DNA of 64,000 bases from a virus. Lineage: Duplodnaviria; Heunggongvirae; Uroviricota; Caudoviricetes. Position numbers and translations under genes: made by a program. Below the pieces are notes generated by a model. That model worked only from the letters and a program-made list of their open reading frames with translations. It made no database searches and was not told where the DNA came from. Location: positions 283,136 through 347,135 of the IMG/VR virus record IMGVR_UViG_3300037455_000543. The stretch is one strand, 5' to 3'. This document shows positions 40,250-49,860 of this stretch, piece after piece; position 1 is the first letter of the stretch; each line of letters begins with the position of its first letter.

Positions 40250-42130
40250 TTAAAAACGATAACCTATACCTAAACCCATCACATCGCTTTTATATTCTTT
40301 CAATATTGTAGTTGATTTAATCAAATTTGTTTCATACATAAAATATGCTATCCAATGCTCGTTAAAATTAAACCCAAATTTATAATCAATTACATAATTA
40401 TTGAATTCAATATTATCTAAATCCTGTATAAACAATTGATTATAATTTATATTACCAAAGAATCCTAAAATATTTAATTCTAAACCAATTCCAAGTTTAA
40501 AATATATACTAGTAATCGACTTATCACCGTCATATGAAAAACTTTCTAAACTTGTATAATCTACACCAAAAATGGATAACGAGGTATTAACAAAAGGCGT
40601 AATACTTATATCTTCATTTCCGATTTTAGAACCAATGATATAATTTAAAGACATTACTAATGGATATTGAGTATTATCTTTTAAGTCATTCGCGTTATTA
40701 CCGTAAAATTCAAAAGAAATCCAATGATTTAACGAAAAATATTGACTTAAATTCAACGGTTCATCATATTCCCAGTCCGTCGAATAATCATTAACCCAAT
40801 GACTTCCAGATGGTTTAGATACACATTGATTTAAACTTTCATCGTATCTGCTAAACCAACAAGAAACTTTCTCTTCACAATTACCATAACGTTCTACATA
40901 ACCTTCTTCACATTCCCAATGTCCTTCATATATCCAATTAGAATGTTCAGGCTTAATTACACATGTTCCAGTTTCATAATTAAATTGAAATGGTTCTTCA
41001 CAAATAAAACAATTGCCATTGCCATCTTCATGATATTTTTCATCACATGCCCATGTTGCACCATCAGAATAAACCCAATGAGAATGTTCAGGTTTTGTAA
41101 AACATTCATTATTTTCTTCATCATAATGAGCACAAGTCTTTTTTATTTCACAACCATAACTTCCTTTAACATAACCATCTTCACAATAATATTCATCATT
41201 ACTCCAATATGCATGTTCTGGTGGATCTATACAAGTATTTGTAAATTCATCATATTTCTGATTAATTAAGCAAATTGATTTTCTAATACAACTATTATTA
41301 GATATAATATAACCATTATCACAAGACCAATCTACACTATTCTCAGCATTCCAATGAGAGTATGGAGGTTTAGAAATACAAGTATTAGATGGTTCATAAT
41401 ATCTACTTAAACTATCACATTGTACAATTTCTTCACATATATCACCTTGATTTACATAGCCTTTATCACATTCCCAATCAAATTTATTCTTAAGCCAATG
41501 AGAATGTTCAGGTCGTTCATAACAACGATTTTCATTTTTATTATACTTATCTGTTTCATTACATTGTACAATTTCTTCGCAAATATCGCCTTGGTTTACA
41601 TAACCATTATTACAAGTATAACCAATTTTTTTATTACGATGTGCATTTTCGGGTAAAATGGAACAATTAAATTCGTCTATTGCGTATTCATCATTATCGC
41701 AAATATAAGGTTTTACACAAGTATATGCTTCATTCTCAATTTTATATACCATTCCTGCTGGACAAGTAACATAAATCTTATTATTTTCATTAGCATTTTC
41801 AGTCGGAATAATATAATCTACGAATATTTTATTACCCATACCAACATATCGATTAATATCATAATCAGTATATCGTTTATCTGAATATGCATCTATAGGG
41901 CCCAATGAACCCACCCAAAAATTTGAGCTTGTTCTAACATGTATATCATTAACATCACATGCATAATTATCAACTAATCCATGTGTTAAATCTACACGAG
42001 TTTTACAAATAATTTGTTTTGACTTCGCCGGTTTAATAACATTAACCTTATCAAAGGATTGTGTATATGTCACAATACCGGCATTTACGAAACATATCAT
42101 ACACAAAATTACCAAAAGAATTTTTTTCAT
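40250..42130 (-). CDS. Secreted Cys-rich repeat protein with C-terminal beta-barrel-like domain
   Basis: Signal peptide; C..(K/R)PEHSHW....W.C..GY repeats; ends GLGIGYRF. Confidence 0.75.
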   Translation of the reverse strand: MKKILLVILCMICFVNAGIVTYTQSFDKVNVIKPAKSKQIICKTRVDLTHGLVDNYACDVNDIHVRTSSNFWVGSLGPIDAYSDKRYTDYDINRYVGMGNKIFVDYIIPTENANENNKIYVTCPAGMVYKIENEAYTCVKPYICDNDEYAIDEFNCSILPENAHRNKKIGYTCNNGYVNQGDICEEIVQCNETDKYNKNENRCYERPEHSHWLKNKFDWECDKGYVNQGDICEEIVQCDSLSRYYEPSNTCISKPPYSHWNAENSVDWSCDNGYIISNNSCIRKSICLINQKYDEFTNTCIDPPEHAYWSNDEYYCEDGYVKGSYGCEIKKTCAHYDEENNECFTKPEHSHWVYSDGATWACDEKYHEDGNGNCFICEEPFQFNYETGTCVIKPEHSNWIYEGHWECEEGYVERYGNCEEKVSCWFSRYDESLNQCVSKPSGSHWVNDYSTDWEYDEPLNLSQYFSLNHWISFEFYGNNANDLKDNTQYPLVMSLNYIIGSKIGNEDISITPFVNTSLSIFGVDYTSLESFSYDGDKSITSIYFKLGIGLELNILGFFGNINYNQLFIQDLDNIEFNNYVIDYKFGFNFNEHWIAYFMYETNLIKSTTILKEYKSDVMGLGIGYRF

Positions 42131-42190
42131 TTAAATACCTCTTGTTTGATTGATGATTATAATATAGTAATTTATGGCTAAATTATAAAC

Positions 42191-42218
42191 AAAAAAGGCT
42201 GAGAATTTCTTCTCAGTC
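42191..42218 (-). terminator. Terminator of the tRNA cluster
   Basis: GACTGAGAA-GAAA-TTCTCAGCC-TTTTTT. Confidence 0.75.
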
Positions 42219-42225
42219 GCCTTTA

Positions 42226-42302
42226 TCCGTAAGGAGAGATTCGAACTCCCACACACGAGGATATAAGCCCCATCGCCTGATACCATCGGACATTGCTTAC
42301 GG
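42226..42302 (-). tRNA. tRNA-Ile(UAU)
   Basis: CCGTAAG/CTTACGG acceptor; CT-TAT-AT loop; GTTCGAATC; irregular D arm. Confidence 0.7.
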
Positions 42303-42310
42303 GAAGTTCG

Positions 42311-42384
<74 letters not shown>

Positions 42385-42389
42385 AATAG

Positions 42390-42465
42390 TGGACCTGGTG
42401 GGGCTCGAACCCACGACCCATCGATTAAAAGTCGATTGCGCTAAATACCACTGCGCCACAAGTCC
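42390..42465 (-). tRNA. tRNA-Lys(UUU)
   Basis: ATCGA-CTTTTAA-TCGAT; canonical T arm. Confidence 0.88.
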
Positions 42466-42502
42466 ATTTAGTTTGATTATACTGGCTAGCTCTGCCAGTT
42501 AG

Positions 42503-42589
42503 TTGAGGTGGCTGGATTCGAACCAGCGCTGTGTCATTAACCGTACAGGATTCAAAGTCCCGCGCCATCGCCAACTAGGCCACACCTCA
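42503..42589 (-). tRNA. tRNA-Gln(UUG) with long variable region
   Basis: U1-A72; CGGGA-CTTTGAA-TCCTG; ~18-nt variable region. Confidence 0.75.
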
Positions 42590-42597
42590 AAAATTCG

Positions 42598-42671
42598 TAC
42601 CCTAGCCAGGATTCGAACCTGGGACCCTCTGCTTAGAAGGCAGATGCTCTATCCAGCTGAGCTACTAGGGC
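42598..42671 (-). tRNA. tRNA-Arg(UCU)
   Basis: GCCCTAGTAGCTCAGCTGGATAGAGC..TCTGC-CTTCTAA-GCAGA. Confidence 0.92.
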
Positions 42672-42673
42672 AT

Positions 42674-42704
42674 AAAAAATGTTCCCGTGTTTGCACACAG
42701 GAAC
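42674..42704 (-). terminator. Attenuator terminator directly upstream of tRNA-Arg
   Basis: GTTCCTGTGT-GCAA-ACACGGGAAC-A-TTTTTT. Confidence 0.8.
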
Positions 42705-42737
42705 CAAAAATCATTCAGAGTTCAGTGAACAAACAGA

Positions 42738-42794
42738 TCAAAACCAAGGTGAACCTTGTTTTCTTATTCTTATTTGTTTTCTTATACTCATCAT
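42738..42794 (-). CDS. Leader peptide MMSIRKQIRIRKQGSPWF (putative tRNA-operon attenuator)
   Basis: ATG ATG AGT ATA AGA AAA CAA ATA AGA ATA AGA AAA CAA GGT TCA CCT TGG TTT TGA; TATAAATA at 42800-42807; early -10 at 42843-42848. Confidence 0.75.
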   Translation of the reverse strand: MMSIRKQIRIRKQGSPWF

Positions 42795-43043
42795 ATTTTT
42801 ATTTATAGGAGAAAATTTTTGTTTTTCGTTTTTACGTTGTATAATATAGTAAATTATTTCATCTTTGTAAACCCCTAATTATATTCTTCACTGTCCAGGA
42901 TAGATTGGGCGATTTCTTCACAGTTGCAGCCGTTATCCCAGTCTTCGTAGATAGATCCAGCATACGATGCGATCAGATCATCTGCCTGGTCAACGGAACA
43001 ACCCTTTCGGACCAAATGGTCTTTAACGATTTCTTTTACTTCT

Positions 43044-43268
43044 TCAATACGCATTTTGCTTCTTCAGGATTTCATTTAATGTTTTTGCAGGTCTGATACA
43101 CCAATCGGTAAATTCCGCGACACTACGTACTTTGTCATCTACATATTCATCTAATCCTGCTTGACGGAATGCAGTTCTTAACCGATTCGCAATTATTCGT
43201 ACTTGATCATCTGTAAGTTCTTTTTTTGAATCAACTGTAAATGGAATATAAACTGTCTTTTGTGTCAT
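43044..43268 (-). CDS. Hypothetical protein
   Basis: Operonic ORF. Confidence 0.7.
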   Translation of the reverse strand: MTQKTVYIPFTVDSKKELTDDQVRIIANRLRTAFRQAGLDEYVDDKVRSVAEFTDWCIRPAKTLNEILKKQNAY

Positions 43269-43269
43269 T

Positions 43270-43563
43270 TTACTTCTCCAGTTTTTGAATGTATTCAGTT
43301 ATATACTTCATATAGGTTTCGAATGTGTCAAACTCTTTAAAGTTGTAGTTTCTTTCTATATGCAGTGTTTTACCGACGAAAGTCTTAATAGTAATTGATT
43401 GATTATAAGCTTTGATTTGAACCTGGAATGTAAAGTCTTTATGCTTTATGATAACATATTTAACGTCTACTTCACAAGACCAATCTTTAAGTCCACCAAG
43501 TTCAGGGTTAAACTTCTTACACAAAACATCTATTACTTGTTGTGTATTGAATCTTAATTCCAT
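43270..43563 (-). CDS. Hypothetical protein
   Basis: TAATG coupling. Confidence 0.7.
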   Translation of the reverse strand: MELRFNTQQVIDVLCKKFNPELGGLKDWSCEVDVKYVIIKHKDFTFQVQIKAYNQSITIKTFVGKTLHIERNYNFKEFDTFETYMKYITEYIQKLEK

Positions 43564-43829
43564 TACTTATCCTTTTTCTTGCTGTATTTCAACATAACAG
43601 ACATATTCTGACCATTAAACCACGAGGTTGCATTATAACCACGTTCCTTAAGCAAAGTTTCCATGTCTTCACATCTCTCAATATTATGCAGTTCAACAGT
43701 CCAACCTCTGGGATGTTTTTTCAGATAAGTATCGAGTTCTTCATTAAGTCCATCCCAATACAGCTTATTTTCATGTTCTTGCACAATCTTATAAGCTTCT
43801 TCAAGAGTCATCTGTTCTTTTTTAGTCAT
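43563..43829 (-). CDS. Hypothetical protein
   Basis: Start at MTKKE after GAGG. Confidence 0.7.
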   Translation of the reverse strand: MTKKEQMTLEEAYKIVQEHENKLYWDGLNEELDTYLKKHPRGWTVELHNIERCEDMETLLKERGYNATSWFNGQNMSVMLKYSKKKDK

Positions 43830-43914
43830 AATCAACCTCTTTGTTATACTTATAATATAGAAAAAGATGTGGCTAATGTAAACCACATCTCTTATTATTA
43901 TTTGTCGCAGTCAG

Positions 43915-44499
43915 CTAAATTTCCCACTTAGTGACTTTCCACTTGGTCCAGAGCTGAATAACACTCGGTGTTTCAAATTCCTTGTTATTCTTGATGGACT
44001 TTTCGGTAATAACCGGGAAGTTTTCAGGCGGATTATCCTTATCCTTCGGGTTATAATTAGGCGGATATGCTTTTCTTCCCTTAACAGTCCAACCTTCATT
44101 GGTGAAAGATGCAGTCATGTCTTCTTTGATGAAATCCACAACTTCCTTTTCGTCCTTGCAAATAACCGGAGCAAACACAGCAAGACCTTCACCGGGTTCA
44201 TCGTAATTTGCGATTGTAACGATCCAACAAGTTTTCTTCGGCTTAGATACACGGCCGGAACCACACGGCTGGAGATTGTCAGGCAGAGAACTTCCAAGGT
44301 CATTGAAACCAAAGTTGACGAAATCTTCTTCATCTTCCGCTTCGAAGACGAAATGGAATTCCTTGCGATCCTTGACTGGTTCTACCTTAACAAAAGTATA
44401 AGTTCCAGTATAATCCTTTGCTAATCCACGGAGGACAGCATCTCGGACAGTGTTAATCGAGGGTTTTCTTCCTTCGTATTCAATATCTACATAAACCAT
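43915..44499 (-). CDS. Hypothetical protein
   Basis: RBS and promoter. Confidence 0.75.
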   Translation of the reverse strand: MVYVDIEYEGRKPSINTVRDAVLRGLAKDYTGTYTFVKVEPVKDRKEFHFVFEAEDEEDFVNFGFNDLGSSLPDNLQPCGSGRVSKPKKTCWIVTIANYDEPGEGLAVFAPVICKDEKEVVDFIKEDMTASFTNEGWTVKGRKAYPPNYNPKDKDNPPENFPVITEKSIKNNKEFETPSVIQLWTKWKVTKWEI

Positions 44500-44585
44500 T
44501 ATGTAACTCCTTTTGATTGATATGTATAATATAGAAAAAACGTGGCTTTTCGTAAGCCACGCTCTTGTTGTGTTTTTATTTCAGT

Positions 44586-44798
44586 TTACTCTTGTTCCCA
44601 GTGTGAATCAATGTGGACATTGTTCTTACCTTCAGGATCAATGACGGAGAAGAAATAACCGTGTTCCATTCCGTCAATAGCAACAAGTTCATTCGCCTGT
44701 TCCTGACAATAATCCTGGAGATTGTCCATCAATTCATTGAAACCAGTATTTTCCGCAACGTCATCAGTTGTTATTTCTATAACCAGTTTACGTTTCAT
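44586..44798 (-). CDS. Hypothetical protein
   Basis: RBS. Confidence 0.7.
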   Translation of the reverse strand: MKRKLVIEITTDDVAENTGFNELMDNLQDYCQEQANELVAIDGMEHGYFFSVIDPEGKNNVHIDSHWEQE

Positions 44799-44808
44799 TG
44801 TTTACTCC

Positions 44809-45213
44809 TTATTTAATCTTGCTTGCCAAGTATTCCGCAGCTTCCACAATTGAATCGAACGGTTTTTCATGTTCTCCACCGGCTGAAACTTGGAATTTTC
44901 CAGGTCCACGGAAGTCGTAAGCAATATACCCACGGAACTTACCTTTTTCATCGGCATTGAATAATCGAAGAACATCATACAATGAACCAGAGACCGGACA
45001 ACAATTCTTACCGGAAAGTTCGAGTTCACCGATCTTCGGGTTCTTCTTGACCATGATCTTCAACGGTTTGATGAACTTCTTAGTCCGGTTATAAAGTGCT
45101 GTACTGCTACAGAACCAGTCATACCAGATGTCTTCCGCAAGGTCCCGACGTTTTTGTTCATCGTTCTTTGCTTCGTTCCATTCTTTAAGAAATTGATTTA
45201 CTTGCTTTCCCAT
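44809..45213 (-). CDS. Hypothetical phage protein
   Basis: WYDWFC and KNCCPVSGSLYD motifs; RBS. Confidence 0.75.
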   Translation of the reverse strand: MGKQVNQFLKEWNEAKNDEQKRRDLAEDIWYDWFCSSTALYNRTKKFIKPLKIMVKKNPKIGELELSGKNCCPVSGSLYDVLRLFNADEKGKFRGYIAYDFRGPGKFQVSAGGEHEKPFDSIVEAAEYLASKIK

Positions 45214-45236
45214 GTGTTTATCTCCTTGTGTTAATT

Positions 45237-45560
45237 CTAATCCGTCAACTTGGCAAATACCTTTTCAGTAATAGCGGAAATTGCTTTCTTTACATCCATT
45301 CCAGTACAGTCGACATACACACCACCCATGTGATCCGACCAAGGATCACCATCTGAATCAAAACCGACCCAAATCTCTTCAATATCCATTTGGTGTTTGT
45401 GATCTGGAACAGGATGAATATAGATTTCCTTACGGTTGATACAACTATGTGTTCCCGGATTCTTGAAAGGATAAGTCAAAATCAACGTGTCACCACTGAT
45501 TTTATATTCACTGTGACCAATGCTGCGAGCCAAATCCGTTAAAAACTGTTCCATCTTCAT
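45237..45560 (-). CDS. Hypothetical protein
   Basis: RBS and promoter. Confidence 0.7.
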   Translation of the reverse strand: MKMEQFLTDLARSIGHSEYKISGDTLILTYPFKNPGTHSCINRKEIYIHPVPDHKHQMDIEEIWVGFDSDGDPWSDHMGGVYVDCTGMDVKKAISAITEKVFAKLTD

Positions 45561-45646
45561 AGATAATCTCCTGTTGATGCTTATAATATAGTAAAATATG
45601 GCATTATTGTAAAGGAAAGGCACTGGATATTTCTATCCAGTCAACC

Positions 45647-46219
45647 TTAAGTGTTAGAACCGTCCTGACCACAGCGAAGAATTAACTGTTCAGGAGTGTA
45701 GTACTTTTTATACATACTTTCACACTTATGTTTGAGTACGTCACTGTTCTTGAGTTGTTCCAGCAAAGACGGAAGTTCTGCAAGGAATTCTTCCACGGTT
45801 TCATACTTCTTGTTGTTGATTCGACAGGTAAGACTCGGCCAGGTCTGTTCGAATTCACCATTGTCATTCGTAATACCCCAACCCCAGTGTGTCTTCGGAT
45901 CATCCGTACGTTTCGGTTCGTAGATGTCAACCACAGAGTATTCAACACCGTCAATTACGGTATCAAGCGGAGCAACCCAAGCACAACCCATATAGATGGA
46001 CGGGTACATTGCGGGGGATTTCGAGTTGAACTTTTCCCAGTTCTTGATAACTCTTGCCCAATTGTCACGTTTTTCGATGTTATACTGAGCTGCATTCTTT
46101 CGAGCTGCCTTCTTGCTCCAGAATGCATGGACCTTCTTGAAATAATCCGGCTTGTTGCGATAGAGAGGGAGGAATCCGGCGGATTCGATAAGATGGTTCA
46201 AACTCTTGATTGTAATCAT
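45647..46219 (-). CDS. Hypothetical protein
   Basis: RBS and promoter. Confidence 0.75.
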   Translation of the reverse strand: MITIKSLNHLIESAGFLPLYRNKPDYFKKVHAFWSKKAARKNAAQYNIEKRDNWARVIKNWEKFNSKSPAMYPSIYMGCAWVAPLDTVIDGVEYSVVDIYEPKRTDDPKTHWGWGITNDNGEFEQTWPSLTCRINNKKYETVEEFLAELPSLLEQLKNSDVLKHKCESMYKKYYTPEQLILRCGQDGSNT

Positions 46220-46348
46220 GTTAATCTCCTGTTGATGCCTATAATATAGTAAAAAGTGGCATGTCTGTATATAAAAAATGACTGGATATTCCTATCCAGT
46301 CATCCTTTTTCACCACACAACAAGGAGATACCATTATCCATTTTTTAA

Positions 46349-46880
46349 CGTGGTTGTCATGATGAACCTATCCACAAAACCATGGTGATCCCGAGTGTAT
46401 TCAGCACTCTTTTGTTACGTAGTACGGATCACTTAACCACGGGGAGGACACGTAAAAACTAATACTCCCATAGCCTAGCATCCCAGTCACGATGGACGCC
46501 ACCCCGTCTGGTTTTACGGACCGGTTATCTCGCGCAGTCCAGTGCGTCATATTTGGCTGAAGAGACCAAACAAACCAGAAAATAAACTTTGTTTTGGAGT
46601 CACCTTTAGCTTGCCAATCCAATGGCGATACACTCTCTCAAGGTACAGCATGGATAAATTGTCTAAACCCAACATGTTTAACGTTCATGCAAACGGTCAG
46701 TTTTACTCATTACAGGAAACTAACAAGACCGCCCTAGTCCCATATAATATTGACGACTACTAGATGCTACTAGGATTTATTTAAATCATTAGTAAGGTCC
46801 CTTTGGCTCATGCCTATCCTTACCGTTTATGCGCGATTAACTGCAATGGCTTTACGCTGGGCTCACTCCAGTAATGATTT
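46349..46880 (-). ncRNA. Large structured ncRNA candidate (ROOL/GOLLD-like), co-transcribed with tRNA-Leu
   Basis: ~530 nt with no credible ORF; many nested stems; terminator at 46274-46305. Confidence 0.65.
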
Positions 46881-46886
46881 TTTTCG

Positions 46887-46971
46887 TAGCCGGAGAGGGA
46901 CTTGAACCCTCACGGAGATTGCCTCCAGCAGATTTTAAGTCTGCGCTGTCTACCCATTCCAGCATCCGGCC
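46887..46971 (-). tRNA. tRNA-Leu(UAA)
   Basis: GCAGA-CTTAAAA-TCTGC; long variable arm GGAG-GCAAT-CTCC. Confidence 0.9.
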
Positions 46972-47095
46972 AGGCTGCTCCCGTTTTATAAGGAGCGAAG
47001 CAATATCAACTTCAGCATTAAGGTACAATACTAACAGGTTTTAATATAGAATTTTATCCTCGAATTGTCAACCCGTCTTAACAGAATTTTCTGTT

Positions 47096-47266
47096 TCAGT
47101 CAACTCCCGCAATGATAAAAACTATTCCAAATAACAGAAAAGTTCCAACAAGCGGTAAGAAACTGATATCCAACCAATCTTCAAGTTTGATTCCATATCT
47201 GACTTTACTGAAAATCAGATAACCGGCAACACAAAGCATTAAAATACCAAGAATAATGAAAAACAT
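47096..47266 (-). CDS. Small two-TM protein
   Basis: AAGGAG RBS before MFFII. Confidence 0.65.
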   Translation of the reverse strand: MFFIILGILMLCVAGYLIFSKVRYGIKLEDWLDISFLPLVGTFLLFGIVFIIAGVD

Positions 47267-47277
47267 CTTAATACTCC

Positions 47278-47529
47278 TTAACCGAACATCTTCTTCCAGC
47301 ATTCAGGGCAGATTCCGCTTACGAACATTTCTCTCCATCCCCTGTCTACTTCAGGGATAATGTCCTGAATCTTTTCACCGGTAATTCCACGGTTATACAG
47401 ACGTTCCGACTGTTCGTGACTGAAACCCTGCATTTCATACCGAGTACTACAGCTGAAACAGTTAATAGAAACACTGCACTTTCCGTTCTTTGTTACGTTG
47501 ACTTTCTTCGTAGTTGTTTTTGTTGCCAT
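47278..47529 (-). CDS. Zn-ribbon phage protein
   Basis: CFSC...REMFVSGICPECW. Confidence 0.7.
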   Translation of the reverse strand: MATKTTTKKVNVTKNGKCSVSINCFSCSTRYEMQGFSHEQSERLYNRGITGEKIQDIIPEVDRGWREMFVSGICPECWKKMFG

Positions 47530-47589
47530 AGTATTATCTCCTGTTGATGTGTATAATATAATAAAAAACGGGCTTAATTGAAACCCGTC

Positions 47590-48027
47590 TTAATACTTTT
47601 CTATATTCTCAAGCATCCATCTTACGTCATAGTTATCTCTGAACGTATCATAATAAACTGTCGTATTGTTAGTTAGACACATTGTTATCGCTTTTACCAG
47701 TTCAATATAGTCATCGACGGAAATATGTCTATCGAGGAATGGATCTACTCTTAAAGGGAAATAACATTTCGGATAATATGAATCGATATGTTTAGTCTTT
47801 CTGAATACGGAGGAATTAGGTTTTATCATACGTTTAACCACGTTGTACCTTCCAACGAAGTTCAGATCAAACGGTAGTACCGAAACGAATTCGAATGTAC
47901 CGTCTCTGCAATCAACTGTCGTATCTGGAATCTCTGAGATAACAGTAAACAGATCCTTCTGTACTGATTCATGTAATTCATCCCAGTTATGTTCCGGGAA
48001 CAGTATTTGTTCTGAAATATATTCCAT
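47590..48027 (-). CDS. Hypothetical protein
   Basis: ORF track. Confidence 0.65.
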   Translation of the reverse strand: MEYISEQILFPEHNWDELHESVQKDLFTVISEIPDTTVDCRDGTFEFVSVLPFDLNFVGRYNVVKRMIKPNSSVFRKTKHIDSYYPKCYFPLRVDPFLDRHISVDDYIELVKAITMCLTNNTTVYYDTFRDNYDVRWMLENIEKY

Positions 48028-48083
48028 AATAAAAAGGTCCGGTTACTGTTACATAACCGGATCTCTGTTTTGTCTTTAATAGA

Positions 48084-49715
48084 TTACATCATACCCGGAA
48101 TCGGCATAGACATCTGGATGTCCTGTTTCTTTTCCTTCTTCTCAACAATAGTACAATTCGTCATCAAGATAAGTCCAGCAATGGAAGCTGCATTCTTCAA
48201 TGCATGCTTTGTAACCTTAACCGGGTCAATGATACCTGCTTCAACAAGATCATAATACTTATTTCCACGAGCATCGTAACCTGCGTTACCCTTAAGTTCC
48301 TTAACCTTATTGACAACCACAGACGATTCATTTCCGCCGTTTTCTACAATCTGACGGAGAGGTGCTTCAATTGCCTTACGAACAATATTCATACCAGTAA
48401 TGATATCATGATGGAATGCATCGTTTTCGAGTTCATTCCAGTCAATACCCTGTTCTGCGCGAATCAAAGCAGTACCACCGCCAGGTACAATACCTTCTTC
48501 TACAGCAGCTTGAGTTGCGTGATAAGCGTCATCGATACGATCCTTCTTTTCATTCATTTCAACTTCAGTTGCTGCACCAACCTTAATCACAGCAATACCA
48601 GAAGTAAGCTTAGCAATTCGAGTCTTCAACTGTTCCTTTTCGTACTCAGAGGTTGCAGATTCAAGTAAAGACTTTAACTGAGCGACATGTTCTGCAATCT
48701 GTTCTGGATCACCTGCACCGTCAACGATCGTGGTAGAATCCTTCGTCACACGTACACACTTAGCAGTACCAAGAACTTCTGCACCAGTTTCTGCAAGGGT
48801 TACACCGAGTTCATCACATACAAGAGTACTTCCAGTAAGAACAGCGATATCACGAAGATTATTCTGCCTGGAATCACCGTAACCCGGAGCTCTAACAGCA
48901 ACAACCTTAATAACACCACGAAGCTTATTCATTACAAGACCAGCAAGAGCTTCAGTATCAACGTCTTCAGCAATAATAACAATAGGTTTACCCTGACCAT
49001 TTGCTTGTTCCAAATGATTCATCATATCCTTCATCGTCATAATCTTGTGACTGTACAACAGGATATATGGGTTTTCAAGTACACACTCTGCCTTTTCATT
49101 TGTTGCGAAATACGGAGACAAATAACCATTACCGAACTGCATACCTTCTACGACATCGAGAACAGTTTCTGCCGTCCTGGATTCTTCAACCGTAATAACA
49201 CCGTCATTACCGACCTTTTCCATTGCATCGGCAATGATCTTACCCACTTCGTATTCACCGTTACCAGAAACCTGACCAACGTTAAGAATTGCGTCCTTAT
49301 CCTTAACCGGAATTGCAATCTTATCAAGCTGGTTAACAATCGCGTCTACCGCACGGTCAATACCAACCTTAACTTCAAACGCATCTGCACCTGCTGTGAT
49401 ATTCTTTAATCCTTCGCGAGCAATTGCTTCTGCAAGAACAACAGACGTGGTAGTACCGTCACCACACGAATCATTGGTCTTGGAAGAAACTTCCTTAGCA
49501 AGTTGAGCACCCTGGTTTTCTGTCGGGTCTTCAAGCTCCACAGACTTTGCGACTGTAACACCGTCCTTGGTAATCGTGGACATACCGTGTTCATTCGCAA
49601 TGAGTACAGTCTTACCAGACGGTCCTAACGTACTCTTTACAGCCTTAGCAAGTTGAGACAAACCAGACATAAGCTTTTCACGTGCATCAACTTCAAATCT
49701 TAATTCTTTTGACAT
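48084..49715 (-). CDS. groEL: Chaperonin GroEL
   Basis: [43 protein letters not shown]. Confidence 0.97.
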   Translation of the reverse strand: MSKELRFEVDAREKLMSGLSQLAKAVKSTLGPSGKTVLIANEHGMSTITKDGVTVAKSVELEDPTENQGAQLAKEVSSKTNDSCGDGTTTSVVLAEAIAREGLKNITAGADAFEVKVGIDRAVDAIVNQLDKIAIPVKDKDAILNVGQVSGNGEYEVGKIIADAMEKVGNDGVITVEESRTAETVLDVVEGMQFGNGYLSPYFATNEKAECVLENPYILLYSHKIMTMKDMMNHLEQANGQGKPIVIIAEDVDTEALAGLVMNKLRGVIKVVAVRAPGYGDSRQNNLRDIAVLTGSTLVCDELGVTLAETGAEVLGTAKCVRVTKDSTTIVDGAGDPEQIAEHVAQLKSLLESATSEYEKEQLKTRIAKLTSGIAVIKVGAATEVEMNEKKDRIDDAYHATQAAVEEGIVPGGGTALIRAEQGIDWNELENDAFHHDIITGMNIVRKAIEAPLRQIVENGGNESSVVVNKVKELKGNAGYDARGNKYYDLVEAGIIDPVKVTKHALKNAASIAGLILMTNCTIVEKKEKKQDIQMSMPIPGMM

Positions 49716-49860
49716 ATTTTTCCTCTATCTATTAAAAACAATTCAAATATAGTAAAAATTTGCATACTTATAAAGTATTTTATTAAATTCTGTATTTTTT
49801 ATACAAAAAACCTGGAGTTTTACATCCAGGTTTTTAAAAATCATATAAAGGTAGTCGTGA

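Noticed and set aside
42503-42808. ORF-track ORFs at 42503, 46401, 46542 and 54707
   Set aside because: They overlap tRNAs or structured RNA candidates and lack initiation signals
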